Below are positions 1-15,700 of a DNA stretch of 64,000 bases, one piece after another (the first letter of the stretch is position 1; the number at the start of each line of letters is the position of its first letter). Where the stretch lies: positions 33,700,664 to 33,764,663 of the forward strand of contig CM074520.1 of NCBI GenBank assembly GCA_037379345.1, in the 5' to 3' direction. The notes under the pieces are model-generated. The model searched no databases. It was not told the origin of the DNA and was given only the letters and a program-made list of their open reading frames with translations. The stretch comes from Perna viridis (Eukaryota). The position numbers and the translations under genes were made by a program.

Positions 1-567
1 TAAACAATTATACTAAAAGAAATCATAAAGAATATGCTTTACATGTTTGTCAACGTAACTTCCTAAAACATTTTGAAATTTTAATTAAGAATTGATCAAC
101 AATTTGTAATCTCAAATCATTTTTAATGAAGTTCAGTTGTTTTTACCAATGACTGTTTTAAGCAAGTGACAATATTTAAATTGAAGAAAAAAATCAATGA
201 TCACACTGAAATTGAATTAGACAGTTTTTGTAGCCCTTCCGTCTGATTTGAATTAGCCAAATACAAATGATAATCCAATCTGTAGCAAACAAATATGATG
301 CAGTATACCAGCAAAAGTTTGGGTTATTTGAATTTTTAATGAAAGATTTGACAACAGACCTCTTTTAAAAAAGAACCCCTGTGACTAGTTCTGCAATACT
401 TATGCCAAACATTGAAAAAAGTTAAATAGACTAGACAACATACCTCTTTTTAAAACAACCCGTGTGATATATGTTGCAATACTTATGCTAATTTTTGATA
501 GATCAAAACTCAAATGAATTTAAAAAAAAGCACCTTCATTGCCCAGAGCACCCAAAGTTTGACTTAC

Positions 568-739
568 CTAACATTTTACTGACATAGGGTTCAATATCAA
601 CATCCTGTAAATGTTGGTGTGTGTATGCATGGTAAAGTCTTAGTGTACTGTCTAATCTAATGGAGACCCACACACCATCACCTAACCAAGCCAATTGTCT
701 CACTTGGCTTTCCTTCCGTGGATGGGCATCAAAAGTTTT
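568..739 (-). CDS. MAPK8IP3/SPAG9: JIP3/4 exon 27 (last in window)
   Basis: ttgtag|[38 protein letters not shown]...EPYVSKML G|gtaagt. Confidence 0.96.
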
Positions 740-3700
740 CTACAAAGAATGGAAAACATATTACACAGAGCATGGACAGCCACAATACAAAATAGACAGA
801 TGTAATTAAAGCCATTGCTCACTCACTACACCCTAGTCTTTTTGATAAACAGAGGGTGAAAGTTGCCTGGATAAAAAAGAAAAACTATAAAAAGCTTTTA
901 TTTAAATATTGAATGTCTTTTATGAGAACTTCTAACAAGAAATAATAAAAATGATGTTAAACAGATACACTACAAAGTAAAACAGTATACCTCATTCTCC
1001 TTTGTACCAGGGTTGTAATAAATACATGTATAGTTAAATCTGGTCATTGAAATTACATATAACAATATTAATTTTACTGCTTTTTGAGTATGAGATGATT
1101 AGCTTTCTCATTATCACAGTAACAGAAACTTGCATGATAGACATGGTTAACTTTCACTTTTACATATATATATTAACTTACCATAATATATTCGATTTTT
1201 CACCATCACATCAAAAGAAACTTACCATTATAGACATGGTTTCAGGATCTACCACATGGATTTTATTTCTGTATCCACACCACACATGCTTATTAGCTAT
1301 CACAGACATACACCTTATGGAATGGTGTGGTTTTCCTAGATCCAGTAAATGGTAATTCTGTAGGTCCCATTGTCCATCTTATACAAGAAAAAGTTGTAGA
1401 ATTTCACAAAATACACTGTTTGCACTTGAATCATCTCCCCTTAAATGTTTACTTCACTAATGCTCATTTTTGTGAAGTGCTACAGTCGTTTCAACTCATT
1501 TTCAATTAGTGTACAACACCAAAAACATATCGTATTGGCTATTATACCATCCAAATTTTATTAGTTTGAAGGCTTTGCTCAGCTGCCTTTTTAAAAAATA
1601 AATTCTTAATTAAAAATTGTCCCTAAAGTACCAATTCATAATGGACTGTTTATTTCACTTTAAACATTCAATGACAAATGAAAAATGACTACATTTAACA
1701 AGACTTACCAACAGCCCTATGGAATATTGCAACTTTCCCATTGGCCAGTGCCACTAAAACTCTTCCTTTAACATGACTGAAAAAGAAAATTGAAAAAAAA
1801 AAATTATAGTTAAAATATTTTGCATGTTTTTATTTCATTTATGGTAGGCTTTCACAAGTCAAATGAGCACTCTCAAAAGAAATTAATCCTAGATATTTAA
1901 GCTAATATTTACAATGGTATTACTCCCACTTCCGAACAGAATCAAAATAAATTCTAGAGGAACTTCCATAAATCTTTGTTAATGGGGAGTAATTTTGGTG
2001 TTGGTGAATGATATTGAAGTACTTTGTGCTCCGGTGGTGTAAAATATCTATTTGGTCAGATTTATTTTGGACTTGACTTCATTATGGATCGGATTAGTGT
2101 TCGGTAATTTAGTGGTTACCCTTATTTTCTAAAACTTTGTCTGATGAAGTATCAGGTACGTATCAAAGACATTGTAATCTACCAAAATATTTTTCCACTT
2201 ACACAATATTCAGGACAGAATCCTCCAGTTTGACAGAATGTAAGCATCTTCTCCACTGTGACACAGCTGAATGAATATACAAACTGGAAAAGGAAATAAG
2301 AGGCGTAATATGTAACTTTAATCTTATAATATTTTAAATTAACAGACAACAAAAAAAACCCCAGAAATTGACAAAACTGGAATTTAAAAAAAAAGCCTAA
2401 TGGTAAAAATCAGGATTTGAAAAAGCAGAATTCTGTTTCAATTTGGAAGAAAATCACTTCTGCTAAAATCATGGTAATCAAAATATTTTTTTTTCAAACT
2501 GCAACATGAATCCTATATCTATGATACAAATTTCAATTTAAGTAATAAAGTAATTTTATTATTTTGATAATCTGGGAATTAAGTTGGCTGTGTGAAACCC
2601 ATAGAAATCACAAAATATTGGAAAAAATATACTGAAGCATTTAAAAAAAATGCCTTCACTGTGAACATTTTTATAATTTACCTTCCACTTTGTGAAGCTA
2701 ACCACATGGTAGGCAGAACACTGCTCATCTTTTCAACCTCCTCGAACTGTAGATCTGCCTCCACTGGAGTTAACACATCCTGTCCTCCTTTCCTATCATA
2801 AGATCTATTAGAAGATGTAGAAGTAGGAGTTGTTCTTCCTGAGGAGACAGGAGAACCTTTAGCTTTGAACACAGCTGGGTGGAGACCATCTCCAGTTTGC
2901 CCTGCAATCCAAAAACTTAATTTAAACATTTGTTCAGTGTCAATTGAAATTTTCTGCACTAGGTTAGTCTCGACATTTCAAATTTTGGTCCCTGCATGTA
3001 TTTTTAGTAATCATTTGTCTCATGTTGTGATGTTTATCTTCAACTTTAGATGTGGGCAACTTAATTAAACTACTGTCTAAAATACTAAAAGGACAGCATC
3101 TCATAACTACAGGCTCAAGAGAGCCTGAATCGCTCACTTGGTTAACCATTTGCTTACTTGAAAAACTTGAGGAATGAGACAGGCTAAGTTAAAATCAACT
3201 AAAATTATTTATAGCATTTTCATGACCTGAACTAGGATTTTGCTAAAGGCAACATTTTTTGATTTTTTTTCAAAAACCTGTCTTATGACCCCTAAGTTCC
3301 ATTTTTAGTATAAGCAGCCATATCTACTCACAGATTAAAAATCACAACAGTCATTTTGAGCACGATACACTAAAGAACTATTATGCTTATTTTCATTCAA
3401 TGATCTTAAATGGTTTTAGAGAAGAAGATTTTCAAAGTTGTACATGTGGAAAACAACACCAAAAAAACTGTTTCAGGGGTGGTAACTCCTACATTAGTCA
3501 ATGAATGGTTTTGAAAATTTTGGCACAGGTCTATCTCAAGATGCTGAACAATATTACCCCACCAGAAATTAGCTAAAGGCAACGCTTTTTGAGTTATTTG
3601 CAAAAAACTGCCATCTGACCCCTAAGTTCTATTTTTAGTAATGGTGGCCATGTTTTTTCATGAATCAACAATCCCAACAGTCATTTTGTGTGGGATACCC

Positions 3701-6700
3701 TAAGGAACATAAATGCCAACTTTCATTGAATTCCGTGCAATGGATTTTGAGAAGAAGATTTTCAAAGTTGTACATGTGGAAAACAACACCAAAAAAACTG
3801 TTTCAGGGGTGGTAACTCCTACATTAGTCAATGAATGGTTTTGAAAATTTTGGCATAGGTCTTTCTCATGATGCTGAACAATATTACCCCACCAGAAATT
3901 AGCTAAAGGCAACACTTTTTGAGTTATTTGCAAAAAACTGCCATCTGACCCCTAAGTTCTATTTTTAGTAATGGTGGCCATGTTTTTCAACATGAATCAA
4001 CAATCCCAACAGTCATTTTGTGTGGGATACCCTAAGGAACATAAATGCCAACTTTCATTGAATTCTGTGCAATGGATTTTGAGAAGAAGATTTTCAAAGT
4101 TGCACATGCAAAAAATGCAAAAAAAAAACTGTTTCAGGGGTCGTAACTCCTACATTAGTTGACCAATCGTTTTGAAAATTTTTACATTGGTTCATCTCAT
4201 GATGCTGACATTGGTTCATCTCATGATGCTGAACAATATTACCCCAATGCCAGAAATTTGCTAAAGGCAACTGTTTCTGAGTTATTTGCAAAAACCTGCA
4301 ATCTGACCCCTATGTTTTATTTTTAGTAACAGCGGCCATGTTTTTTCATGGATCAAAAATCCCAACGATCATTTTGTGCAGAACACCCTAAGGAACAATC
4401 ATGCCAAGTTTAAAACCTGTCAGTCCAGGAGCTTCAGAGGAGAAGATTGTTTTAAATTTGTCCATGACGACTACGACGACGGACACCAAGTGATGGCATA
4501 AGCTCACTTGGCCTTTGGCCAGGTGAGCTAAAAAAAAGCTGTACTATATAAACTACGCTCAAAACAACCACCCATCCAGAAAGAGTGTATCTTACCATCA
4601 ATACTTTGTTCTGACAACACACTGTCTCTATCCGTATCACTCTTTTCTCTCTGATCTGCATCAGTTTTCTCATCTATAATTACATGTATAAACACAAATA
4701 TAGGATTTAGCTGGTTAATTTTCAATAGGTTTCTAAGGGTTTCCATGAACTATAAGTTATACATATTTTCTAAAGGTATCTACATAGTATTTGTTATATC
4801 AATTTAAGCTTCCGACAGTTTTCAAGCATTAAAGTTTTCAATTTTACTATACCCAGTTACCTTGGTTTGACTTTCAAAATATAGAAGAAAATGTACTTAA
4901 TGTTTTCAAAGACATATCTAAAGGTAGATACATGTATCTGCATTAAATAAAACAATGAGTCAAAAAAGAATTATTGTACAAACTGATCTGATATTTTTAG
5001 AGCTACAATATGTGTGATGAATTAGTTTGAGAGATACAAACCTCCAGAAGCTCCTGAGTTTGGCCTGTGTTCAGGACTTATTTCTGAAATCAATGGTCAA
5101 TTATTAGCTTGTGAGAAAACTGATGTAGTAACATTCACTTTATATGATAAATGAATAAAGAATAAATACATACAGGCATATTTTAACAATGACATGAAGC
5201 TTAAGAATTTTTTTTTCCCTTTCAGATATATATAGAAGGTATACAGTGTGTTCCTGTTCACATCAAGTCTAAACCATACTCTGAAATGTATGTATGTTTT
5301 TTTCAACATCACCAAATGATGGTAAAATTTACATCGAAAATTTCGGATGACCAAAATCCTTCTTCAGCATAAAACTAACGTAGTTCAAGATGATTCTGAA
5401 ACTGAGACAGGAAATATTATAGTAAACCCTTTAGGGCCAGATATGATGTTCAGTGGAGACGTTTAATCTGACATTAATCTGTTTATCCACAGTCAATTTG
5501 ATTTAACATTTGAAATTGCTGATATTTGTCAGTGTCAGGTCAGTAGCCTGGGAATATCAGGCAGTGAGAACAATAGAAAGCAATAAACTTGCCAATAACC
5601 ATGAAAATTGGTACCTAACCTTTAAAAAGTTCTGTAAAAGTATTAAACCATTCCTACAAACCTTTAGATTTAGGAGATCCAAATGGAGATGAGACTGGAG
5701 TACCAGACCTACTGCTAGGCTTACCAGTGGCACACTGTACAAAGGAGATACCCCCTATACCACTGTCTGTTGTCTGATTGTCAGAAGGAGGTGGGTTGTA
5801 CTGAGGGTAAGACTCAGCCTTCAGTATCTCCTCATCTACAGGGTAGTCTGACTCAAGAGCACCTTTAATTGATGAACAAAATGACAATTATGAAATGTCT
5901 TCATTTTCAGAGTAGTACTTTAACCTACAAATCTCCTTGTCAAGATTGTGTGATTTCAGTTTAATCTAACAGAAATGAAGTCAGGGGATTATTGCAGTAA
6001 ACTAATGAAAAGGTGAGTTACAACTAAATGGTTCTACTTTATCACAAGTACTTCATTCAACAACAATTATAAATAGGATAATTAAATGGAAAAAATAAAT
6101 AACTAAAATATGATCACAAGTGCCAAAGAATGTCAAAATTTAAAGAGAGAAACATACTATGAGTACAACTTAAATCTCCAAGTTTTTCTCAGCATGAGAA
6201 ATTATATATTGGTAATTCACAATAACTAATTGGTTATCCTATTTATTATGTATATTTTCTAAATATTTTCATTATTTCTAAATAAATATGATATTTCAAA
6301 TCATCAGCAATGTCAAAAAAAGTTAACACCCAAAGAAGGAGGCAGGAGAAAGTGCAGAATTTATTTCACATGTGATTTATTGAAAATCATTACATAGGAA
6401 ACATTTGGTACTACAATCTATATTATAACAAAATCTTTCATTGGTTAAATAACCATTTATAATTCTCTATAAAAAACTAATGATTATTTACATTTTTTTA
6501 TTTTTGTATCAGTTTTTAGTTTTACAACAAAAATAGCTTTTCATGAGGCATTGAATATAAATATTGGCTATAAAGATTTTTCAATCATAAGTTCATTTAT
6601 TTGTATGTTAAGTCGTACATGTAATTCATGTTCATAGATTTTTGTTTTGAATTGAAATCAATACTAAAGTCATTGTTCTTACCTGCAATGCTGGCTATAC

Positions 6701-9700
6701 ACAGTATAGAGGCAGTAGAGACCCTGAATGATTCCAGTATATCTCCTGGACTGTTCGCATCAACTACAACCACTCTACTTTCTGATGATGTACTACAACA
6801 TATCCACACAAGGGAAGATAATTGCTCCTTGTCAGAGCCTTTAAGGTTCTTCTCATGATCCTAAATTAAAGAGACATTAAACACATGTATTAAAACTGCA
6901 AAAATACTGTATTCTTTTAAGTCTAACTTAGCAGTACTGGGCTTTTTCTACCTTTGATTTACTGCTGATTACTTGCTCTATTCCTAATGACAAAAAGTGA
7001 CTTTTTTTTCCAAAATTTATCATGAATTTCCAAACTGAAGCAGGCAATATGAAAATTGTCTTTTAATTTGTCGGTCCCTAGAATCATATTTTATCGATGA
7101 GTCAGCAAATCATTATTGTCACAGTTTCTCGAGAGCAATTTTAAGACCGGGGAAAGAAACATGCCTATTCTTCAATTTGTGACTTTTACGGCAGCTGAAT
7201 TACCATAATTACTTTGGAACTTCTTTTATTTTTATCTTCCATTGATTGTAAAATGAAAGGTATCTGTAGTGAAAATGGCATTGTTTGTTATGTCTAATAA
7301 TAGTCAATGATTTTGTTAGTTTCCCAACTGATATAAAACTCAGGGGCAGGGGCCTTATTTGAAAAAAGGTAGAAAAAGCCCTGCAGCAACAAAATTACAT
7401 CTGGCAATCATAAAAATTCAACAGTGTTAAAAGATGAAGAACCCTACATGAGAATTAAATATCTAAGCAATGGCTTTTGTACTATTTCAATTGTTACTAT
7501 GTTTACCATATGCCATATGATGGACCAATAATGAAGCAAAGAAACTTCAGGTACAAACTTTCAAAACAAAATATTCATGTACATTGTGATACATTGTGAG
7601 AATATTCTTCCATTGCAACTAAAACCAAAATTTTATAATTCAATGATGCCATATCCAGCTTTGTAACCAGCGACCAGTAAGTAAACGATAGTTTTAAGGT
7701 ATTATGTTGACCTTTAATTCTTGGTTAAGTCTCTCCACTTCATCCTTCGTATCTTTCTTCACTTCTTGATCAATCTCTGATGGACTGGAGTAGAAAACAC
7801 TGGCACCAACAATAGAGCCTCCATCTCTAGTTCTACCCCCGGTGAGGTTCACTCCCGCTGCACACCAGATCTGTTAAATAGGCAAGTAAAAAAGATTTAA
7901 TGTCAAGGGGTAAAACTTGGCTAATTTGAAACAACAGGCTTATCCGAAGTAAGACAAATTTTCACTTCGATATTACTAACCACCAATATGATGTTTACTA
8001 TGAGTTAACATAAAACTACATTACCAAAGTTTAAAAAATTAATTTGAAGAATAAGTGGTCCTGAAAACGACAAAAAATTTAGAGCAAACAAGTAAAAAAC
8101 TTCATGAAAATGTAGTTGCCTATGTAAAACAAAGCATGTCTGTTTATTGGAAAATAAAGTAATTAATTAGATATTAAGTTGTTTGACCATTGAATTCTGA
8201 ATCTCCAAAACACGTTAACCAATTAATTGAACAGCTTTGTAGACCCTTTCATGTTAACTAAGGGGTAGTTGATGAGCATGCTTATTATACACTTCAACAA
8301 GAATAATTCTTTTGTTCTACCATAAACCATACACCAAGAAAGTACATATCACATATGCACATCAACTACCCTGAAATTAACACAAAAGGATCTATTGAAA
8401 GCTGAAGTATAGAGGATGAACTAAATACAGTTAACTGGACACTAAGTGGAAAGTAAAACGAAGAAAAATAAGAGTTATTTTTCGAAGTACATGTATGTAA
8501 AAAGAGTAGAATACCTTTTACTCCCATTTTTGGTAGTAGATATTAAAAGAAGGTACATTTAAGATATTTAGGATAACATGGGAGATAAATTTATTTGGTG
8601 AAGCTAGAGAGATTTCTGCATGAACTGAATGAAGCTCACCTTTTCCCAGTGATAGTAATACTATCAGAAATAAAATTGCCATTAAGGACCAACTGAATCG
8701 ATTCATTCTAATTTTACTTTGTTTGCAAGATGAATCTATGAAAAATAGGCAGTTCTCTATTGTATTTTTTCTGGCTACGATCTATGGCTGGTGTAATCTT
8801 ATGAGCATTTTCCTTCATCTTCATTTTTTGTATCCACGTAGTTTTGTAACCAAGTAATTTAAAAAAAAACCTTTTGAAGGATGCATACAATAATTACAAG
8901 GAAATGAATGTACAATTTCTTTTTTGACAGATGACTTCAGATCTGAAAATCTTATATCAGATATCTGTTTTTTCATTTACGTCCAACTCAGTTCCAAGCT
9001 TCTTTATATTTTTTCAGTAAGAGAAGATAAAATTTTGTAGCAGAGAAACCCTCCTACCTTTAATCCATCATCTTTCTCCAGCAATGGTCTACAGTAAACT
9101 GGTACCGGTACTGGTACATGGTTTTTGGATGGTACATCTCTAGATACACTAGTAAGCTTGGCTGGTAAGCTCCATCCATAGGCCTGAAGACGTCCATCAT
9201 CCTTCTTTACATGGGCTCGTACCTGTTTATATTGTTCCATTCTTTCCTTTTCTCGTTCTTTCTTGGCCTTATCAGACAATCTAGAGGTATAGGGAACAAC
9301 AAATTGGAGAAAAATCAATGAAAAAAGGCAAAATAATCAACAAATAACAATATCTACCAGTTGTAAAGAAAAACTGAAGAAAATAACAACCTCGCGAAAA
9401 ATGTGAAATGATTTTATAACTTGGCAACAAACAGAAATTTCAAAGGAACAGCTGATGGTTGGATTCATCAAATATTTTTTCAACTAAAATTCATAATGGA
9501 CACTAGTACATGCAAAAAAAAGTTAAATAAAATATTTAATTCTTATCAAGATAACTCCATACTATTCATGCAAAAGCACTGTTAGAGTAGTCATTCTACA
9601 ACACATTACTGAGTTTTATTCCATAGAAAAGGTATTACTTGAAACAAATATATACATTTTGTATAGTAAATTTTGAATGAAATGAACAACATAAAAAAAA

Positions 9701-12700
9701 GTTTCCTTCATTGAATTCTCATAAGTTGACAAAAGATCAGAACGTACATTTGGTGTTGGTGTGCTAACACTGGATCTTCTAATAGCGATTCTATCTTACT
9801 GGATCTAAAGGCAAGATGCAACAACATCAATTATAATATCACAAAATACAATGTACTATAGAAATCCATACTGTCTTCAGGAACTTGTTTAGTAATAGAA
9901 AGCTGAAGACAATATGATTATATATACAGTTATATAGATCTTTTCATCTTAACTACAGGGTAGTCAATGACCATGCTTAATAAACAATTCTGCTAGAAAA
10001 TTTTTTTGTTTTACCCCAAATCCTACCCCATGGAAGTATATGTCATGGATGTCGTGGACTACTCTGCATTTATCATGAAAGGGTCTATTATGAAGGTACT
10101 TTTATTCATGGATATCAGATTTCAAGGTTTGTCCAAACTTTAATATTCTTCAAAAATTTGGAATTAATGAAATTTTATCACAACATCTTTGTTTTAATAG
10201 AGAATGTACTTTATGTTGGGAATTTTAATTTGTGGTTCAAAGGAACCATAAACTAGAGGCTCAAGAGAGCCTGTATCGCTCACCTGGTTAACCATTTGCT
10301 TATTTGAAAAACTTGAGGAATGAGACAGGCTAAGTTAAAATCAACTAAATTGTCAAATGCAAGAAATGCTTTTCATGACCTGAACCAGAAATTTGCTAAA
10401 GGCAACGGTTTTTGAGTTACTTGCAAAAAACTGCCATCTGACCCCTATGTTCTATTTTTAGTAACGGTGGCCATGTTTTTTCATGAATCAACAATCCCAA
10501 CTGTCATTCTGTGCAGAACACCCAAAGGAACAATCATGCCAAGTTTAAAACCTGTCCGTCCAGTAGTTTCAGAGAAGAAGATTTTTAAAAATTTGTCCAT
10601 GACGACGATGACGGATGCCAAGTGATGGCATAAGCTCCACAAACACAAAAATTGAAACGTGACGAAAAAAAATTTTCTATCATTATTCAGAAGAAATAAA
10701 TTTTAGTAGTATTCAGATAAAAAAGAAATCAACAAGTTTCCAATTTCACAATGGAACCACAGATGATAAAATAAGACTCATCAAATTAAAGAAACTTAAA
10801 AGCTGATACTAATGCATGAATAATAGTACTTTTATAAAAGTAAATTTTTGAAGGATCTGAACAAAGTAAAAACGAAAACAACAAAATAAATCCTTCAATA
10901 AATATGCTGCATGCAAAAGACTACTACAAACCTGTAAACAAGTTCACAAAATGATATATATGTAAAACAAATGAAAATTATGTTTCCATGCCAATATTTC
11001 TTTGTGATTTATTTTTGTACAAAACTGGTAGTAAATGGACAATTTTTAAAGCAATTTCTTTCAATAGTAGACAGATATCAGTCTTCACAGTTAAGTATTA
11101 GTCCGAAGACCAAGACTTGTCAAAAAGGAGGTGGGCATGTAAAATAAACTGCTACAGGCCAACAGGCACTATACAAAAATTTCTGGAAAATGTAATTTGG
11201 GCCTGTGAACTGGAAAGTTAGTTGTGAAGACTGCAGATAAAATAATTTACTAGAAATTCAAATTGTTCTACATCAACCAGTATAATTTCAATCAGTTATT
11301 CTCAGATTTGTAGTGCTGGACATATCATGACAAGCAGAAAAAAAGTAGTATTCTCAGATGTGTAGTGCTGAACATATCATGACAAGCAGAAAAAAAGTAG
11401 AAAGCTTCATGATTATGTATATATTTTTTGTAAAACGGAACAAGATCTGACTTGATATTTTAAAGAATATGTCTACAGGTACATTTGTTCAATCTCACCA
11501 TTTCAAATACTTTTGAAAAAATGGTGACAACAAATGCAACACAAGTACATTCAACTGGATGAAGTATACCAACTTCTGAGTTTAGTCAGATTTTGTTCCA
11601 TGAAAAGTAGAAATAATGAAGGACTCCAGGAATATAAACAATATTCCAGAAATATATTTCATTAAATATATATATTATATACAAACAAAATATTTGTTTT
11701 TGATAAAAATAATGAACACTGATATTTTCTCTTTTATTTCTCACATGTTTCCAATTATTTCATAAATTCAATACACAAATGAAACTTAAGAAAGTCAGTT
11801 TACTATTGAAGCCTTACTTTCGTTGAAATATAGTTCTGGAGTCAATATATAAGAAAACTCCCTGCAACCATTTTTAAAAAAGCAAAGTGAAAGATTTACC
11901 CATTATTTGGATCTATCTCATTCCTATCACAAGTAAAAGTAACTATAAAATCCATTGTGGTATTTTCAATCTTTATTGTTTATGTGCCTCATAACTTAAG
12001 TGTTGGTGAGGAATAAAAAAACCCCAAAATATTAGAAAGTGTATTATGCGTTCTAATATGACATGCTTCAAAGCTCTTTAGACCACAGCTATGGTAAAAA
12101 AGTGATAAACACATGACCAGTTTTTTGTGCAACACATAGGCTGTGTCTTTTCAAAAGTAGGAAGAAACTAGTCATATTAGAATTGAAATGAATCACAGAA
12201 ACTCCATTTTATTATTGTTTTACCACTGGCTGGCCATTTGTGTCGTTATTAAACCCATTGCTATCGTTTAGGGTAAAACATTGCAACATTGATGGCCAGC
12301 CAATGGTAAAACAATGATAAAACTGAGCTTCCGTGATTTATTTCTTAATTATTACTTAGACAAATCAATATACACACAAACAACAATAAAATATGACACA
12401 TCCATTCAAACACATTATTGATTGCCCATGATGCACTAGAACAACACATCTAACATGAAAGAGACTCTGGCCTTGTAATTCAAACTTGCAAATGATTATC
12501 AAATTGACAAGCAAGAAAGCCTATCAGTATTAACAATGGTGATGACTTCATGTATATTTGTCTTACAATATGTGATAAACAGTTTGACATGCTGTTTTTG
12601 ATTGTAAATATCTGAGTATTGGTAGATATAACATATTTAAGTAAAACACAGCCTTTTTTGTTTACAGTGTACATATCTTTTTTACACCAGAAGTAACTTT

Positions 12701-15700
12701 AAAGCCTACAGACAAATATTCATGATTCTCATTTATTTTCGTATACTATTTAAAAATATTACTTATCAAAATATTGATTCTATTCCATCTGTACATTTTA
12801 AAATAGTATACATCTGGAGAAAAGAGTATGTACACTAAAAAAAAAATTAGGCCTATTGCCAAATACAGTATATTCCATTGGTTGTTTGGGGACAAAATAG
12901 GTAATTATCAAATTAGGTATAGACAATGTTCAAGTCTCCCTTACTACATCACAATGGCATTCACATTTTTACACAACAAAATAATCATATACTACTTACA
13001 GTTCATCCTGCATAAATTCATAAGCCTTAGCTTTGTCCCCTAGGTTATAAGTTTTCCTGGTTTTCTTGTTGGGATCCCCTACAGGCTGAACTTGTGTAGT
13101 AGGAGCATTATACTTCACTGTTGCCATGGGATACGGTTTCTTATTTGGTTTGTTGGAGGAACTAAACAAGTTGCTGAAACTGAAAAAGAAATCTAGTTAA
13201 AGAACTCTTTCATCAATGCATCTTAAAGCTGCACTCATTTCCATGTGCCATGAATTGAGTTCTTTCGTTCTATGCATCCCAAAATTAAAGACTGTGACAC
13301 CATACACTCTGGCTTGAATGGATTTCGCATTTGCCTCTTTCTACCATAGGAGTGGACCTATGATAAATCAAAGTTCTGGAATCACACTAATCCACATAGC
13401 GGGTAACTTTGGCAAAGTGGTAATTTTGGTATATTTTAGCGGTCTTCCTAAATCTGCAAAAATTAGCACTGCAAGATTTTAATCTGGGCTTAGGAACTAA
13501 GTTTATCCCTTAGCATCCACCAAAATTAGAAACCCAAAAATTTTGCGTATACTTTTTTACCTCATATATGCCAAAATTTACACCTGTCAAAATAACCTGC
13601 TATACGATATTAAGGAAGCATGCTGGATATATTTACATTTTATGCTTTGACACAATAAAACAAAGTGTGCCTACTGTGACTAGTACATGATCAGAAAGTG
13701 TAAGTTATTGCACTGTCTTACGGTACATGCTAGAGTTTAAAAGTACCACTCAAAATAAGAATCATGCAAAATGTGATTTGGAAAGCCTCCTACATATTTT
13801 TATTTTTGATATTTTGCTTAAAATGTCATAGTAAAGAGAAAGTAACATGTGGCTTTTCATATAACATCGTTCACACAGGAGATAAAAATTATACAAAATT
13901 CATTAACCAACTTAATACAATATGTATAGAAATGCCCATCCTATTTGAACCGAAAATTTTGAAAACTGGTCATTACGAACCAGGAATTCCTACAGCCAGT
14001 CATTATGAAATCACAGCCATGCATTATGAATTTCAAAACGGGGCATCAGTACGGGACCATTATGGACTAAATCAAAATGGTGTACATTTCTTACGATAAG
14101 TGACAACTTTAATTAAAAGTGACTTAATAATTCAATTTATTAGATTAGGAGACTTAAAGTTGCTGAAAGATGGTACTGGGACTGAGTATTTTGAATTATT
14201 AGGTATGTTTAATTTTGTACAATAAATTTACGATTTTTTGGGGGGTTATGGGAAAAGACAACAAAACCTTCATGACTTATTTTAATAAATATTTGATTCA
14301 TCAAGATATGAACTTATTTTAAATTATGGTGAAATCATATGTGTCAACAATAGACTCTTACTACATCCTGAAATAAAGTTGGTAAATAAAAGTATTAATG
14401 CACAGCCTTTTCCATATTAGTCCTGTAACATGCCCTTGGTATTGATAAAGGCCTTGGATGGCCATTAGAGCCATCCTTGGCCATTTTTAGTACCTTGGAC
14501 ATGTTACAGGGCCTATATGGAAAAGACCATACATTAATACTATAATAATGTAGAAAAATTAAGGGAAATAACTCCAATTAACACTCAAATACAATAGAAA
14601 CTACTGGATTTTCCATGTGGACGATCTCCTAAGAGCTCACAGATTGGAATGAATAATTATACATTTCATCATATAGACCTACAGAGCAATTTAATAACAA
14701 AAATAAAAATATGTAGCTTTTTTAAGGTGTATCTCATTGTAAAGAATTTGCATGATTCTTACAAAGACTGCTACTTAAAATTTTACAGCTACCAATACAA
14801 TTAATACAGGGTTATGAAACCAACATACAATGACTGATGACAGAGTATTTATAGAACAGTAACACGCTTCAACACTAAATAAGTCTTGTGGATACTATAA
14901 AGAACGATCCTTTTAAACTATATATTTCAAACAATATGTATATATGTAAAAACATTTAAATATTCTCACTGAAAACACAGGAGGTAATTTCCCAATTGCC
15001 ACCTTTTCATACATTTTTTATTAATTCCTAGAAACTGCTATTTAATCCAAGCAATGCCAAATAATTCCTTCTATCAAATGCATATGCTTCATCGATAAGA
15101 ACGTTTTTTTAATAAGCTTTCATGAATAACATGATATGCAGTGGAGTGCTCTCCCTTTACCAACATAAAGGTGATGTGAGGAAAAGGTGCAGGGAAATCA
15201 AGTAACATGATAATATAGCTGATGACATAGTGAAGAAAATTTAAAATAATGATTATGACATTTAAATATTGTAGTAAATTGAGTGGAGTGAAAGTCAGGT
15301 CTGTCAAATCTCATGGATCATTTCAAGAAAAATTCTTAAAAATTAAAACATTCTTTTGTATAAAGAAAACACAGTAAAAAAAACAAAATACCCTAAGCAA
15401 ATGTTCCCTCATTTTGACAATTAATACTCAAAGATGATTCAGACATTTTTGAATATCAAAGAACCTTAAGCTGAACATATTTTTAGCATTTTTTTTTAAA
15501 GCCTATTATCCCTCCTGGGTCATAGGCAGCCAACAAGCTGGATTAATACTTAACATAGCTAAGCAGTTATCCTCTCAAATTATATTTCAAAACAAAATCC
15601 TTGAGCAAAAACACTTTACTTAAAATATTTTCAAACTGGAAGAGACTTTTAAATAAAAATGTCCTGAATTTTCAAGCCTTGCAGAACCCAAACTTATTGT

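Noticed and set aside
3406-4291. Three similar minus-strand ORFs (MQITQK..LPLANFW..) resembling a small peptide gene family
   Set aside because: They are translations of the HINE tandem units; ends and frames are inconsistent and there are no splice signals.
10925-10940. tttacag|gtttgt on the minus strand as a recursive splice site or tiny micro-exon
   Set aside because: The intron is short and the donor weak; chance occurrence is likely.
13764-14099. 111-aa plus-strand ORF, and the other 60-110 aa intronic ORFs in the track
   Set aside because: No recognisable motifs, AT-rich F/I/L/Y bias typical of chance ORFs; several are antisense shadows of real exons.
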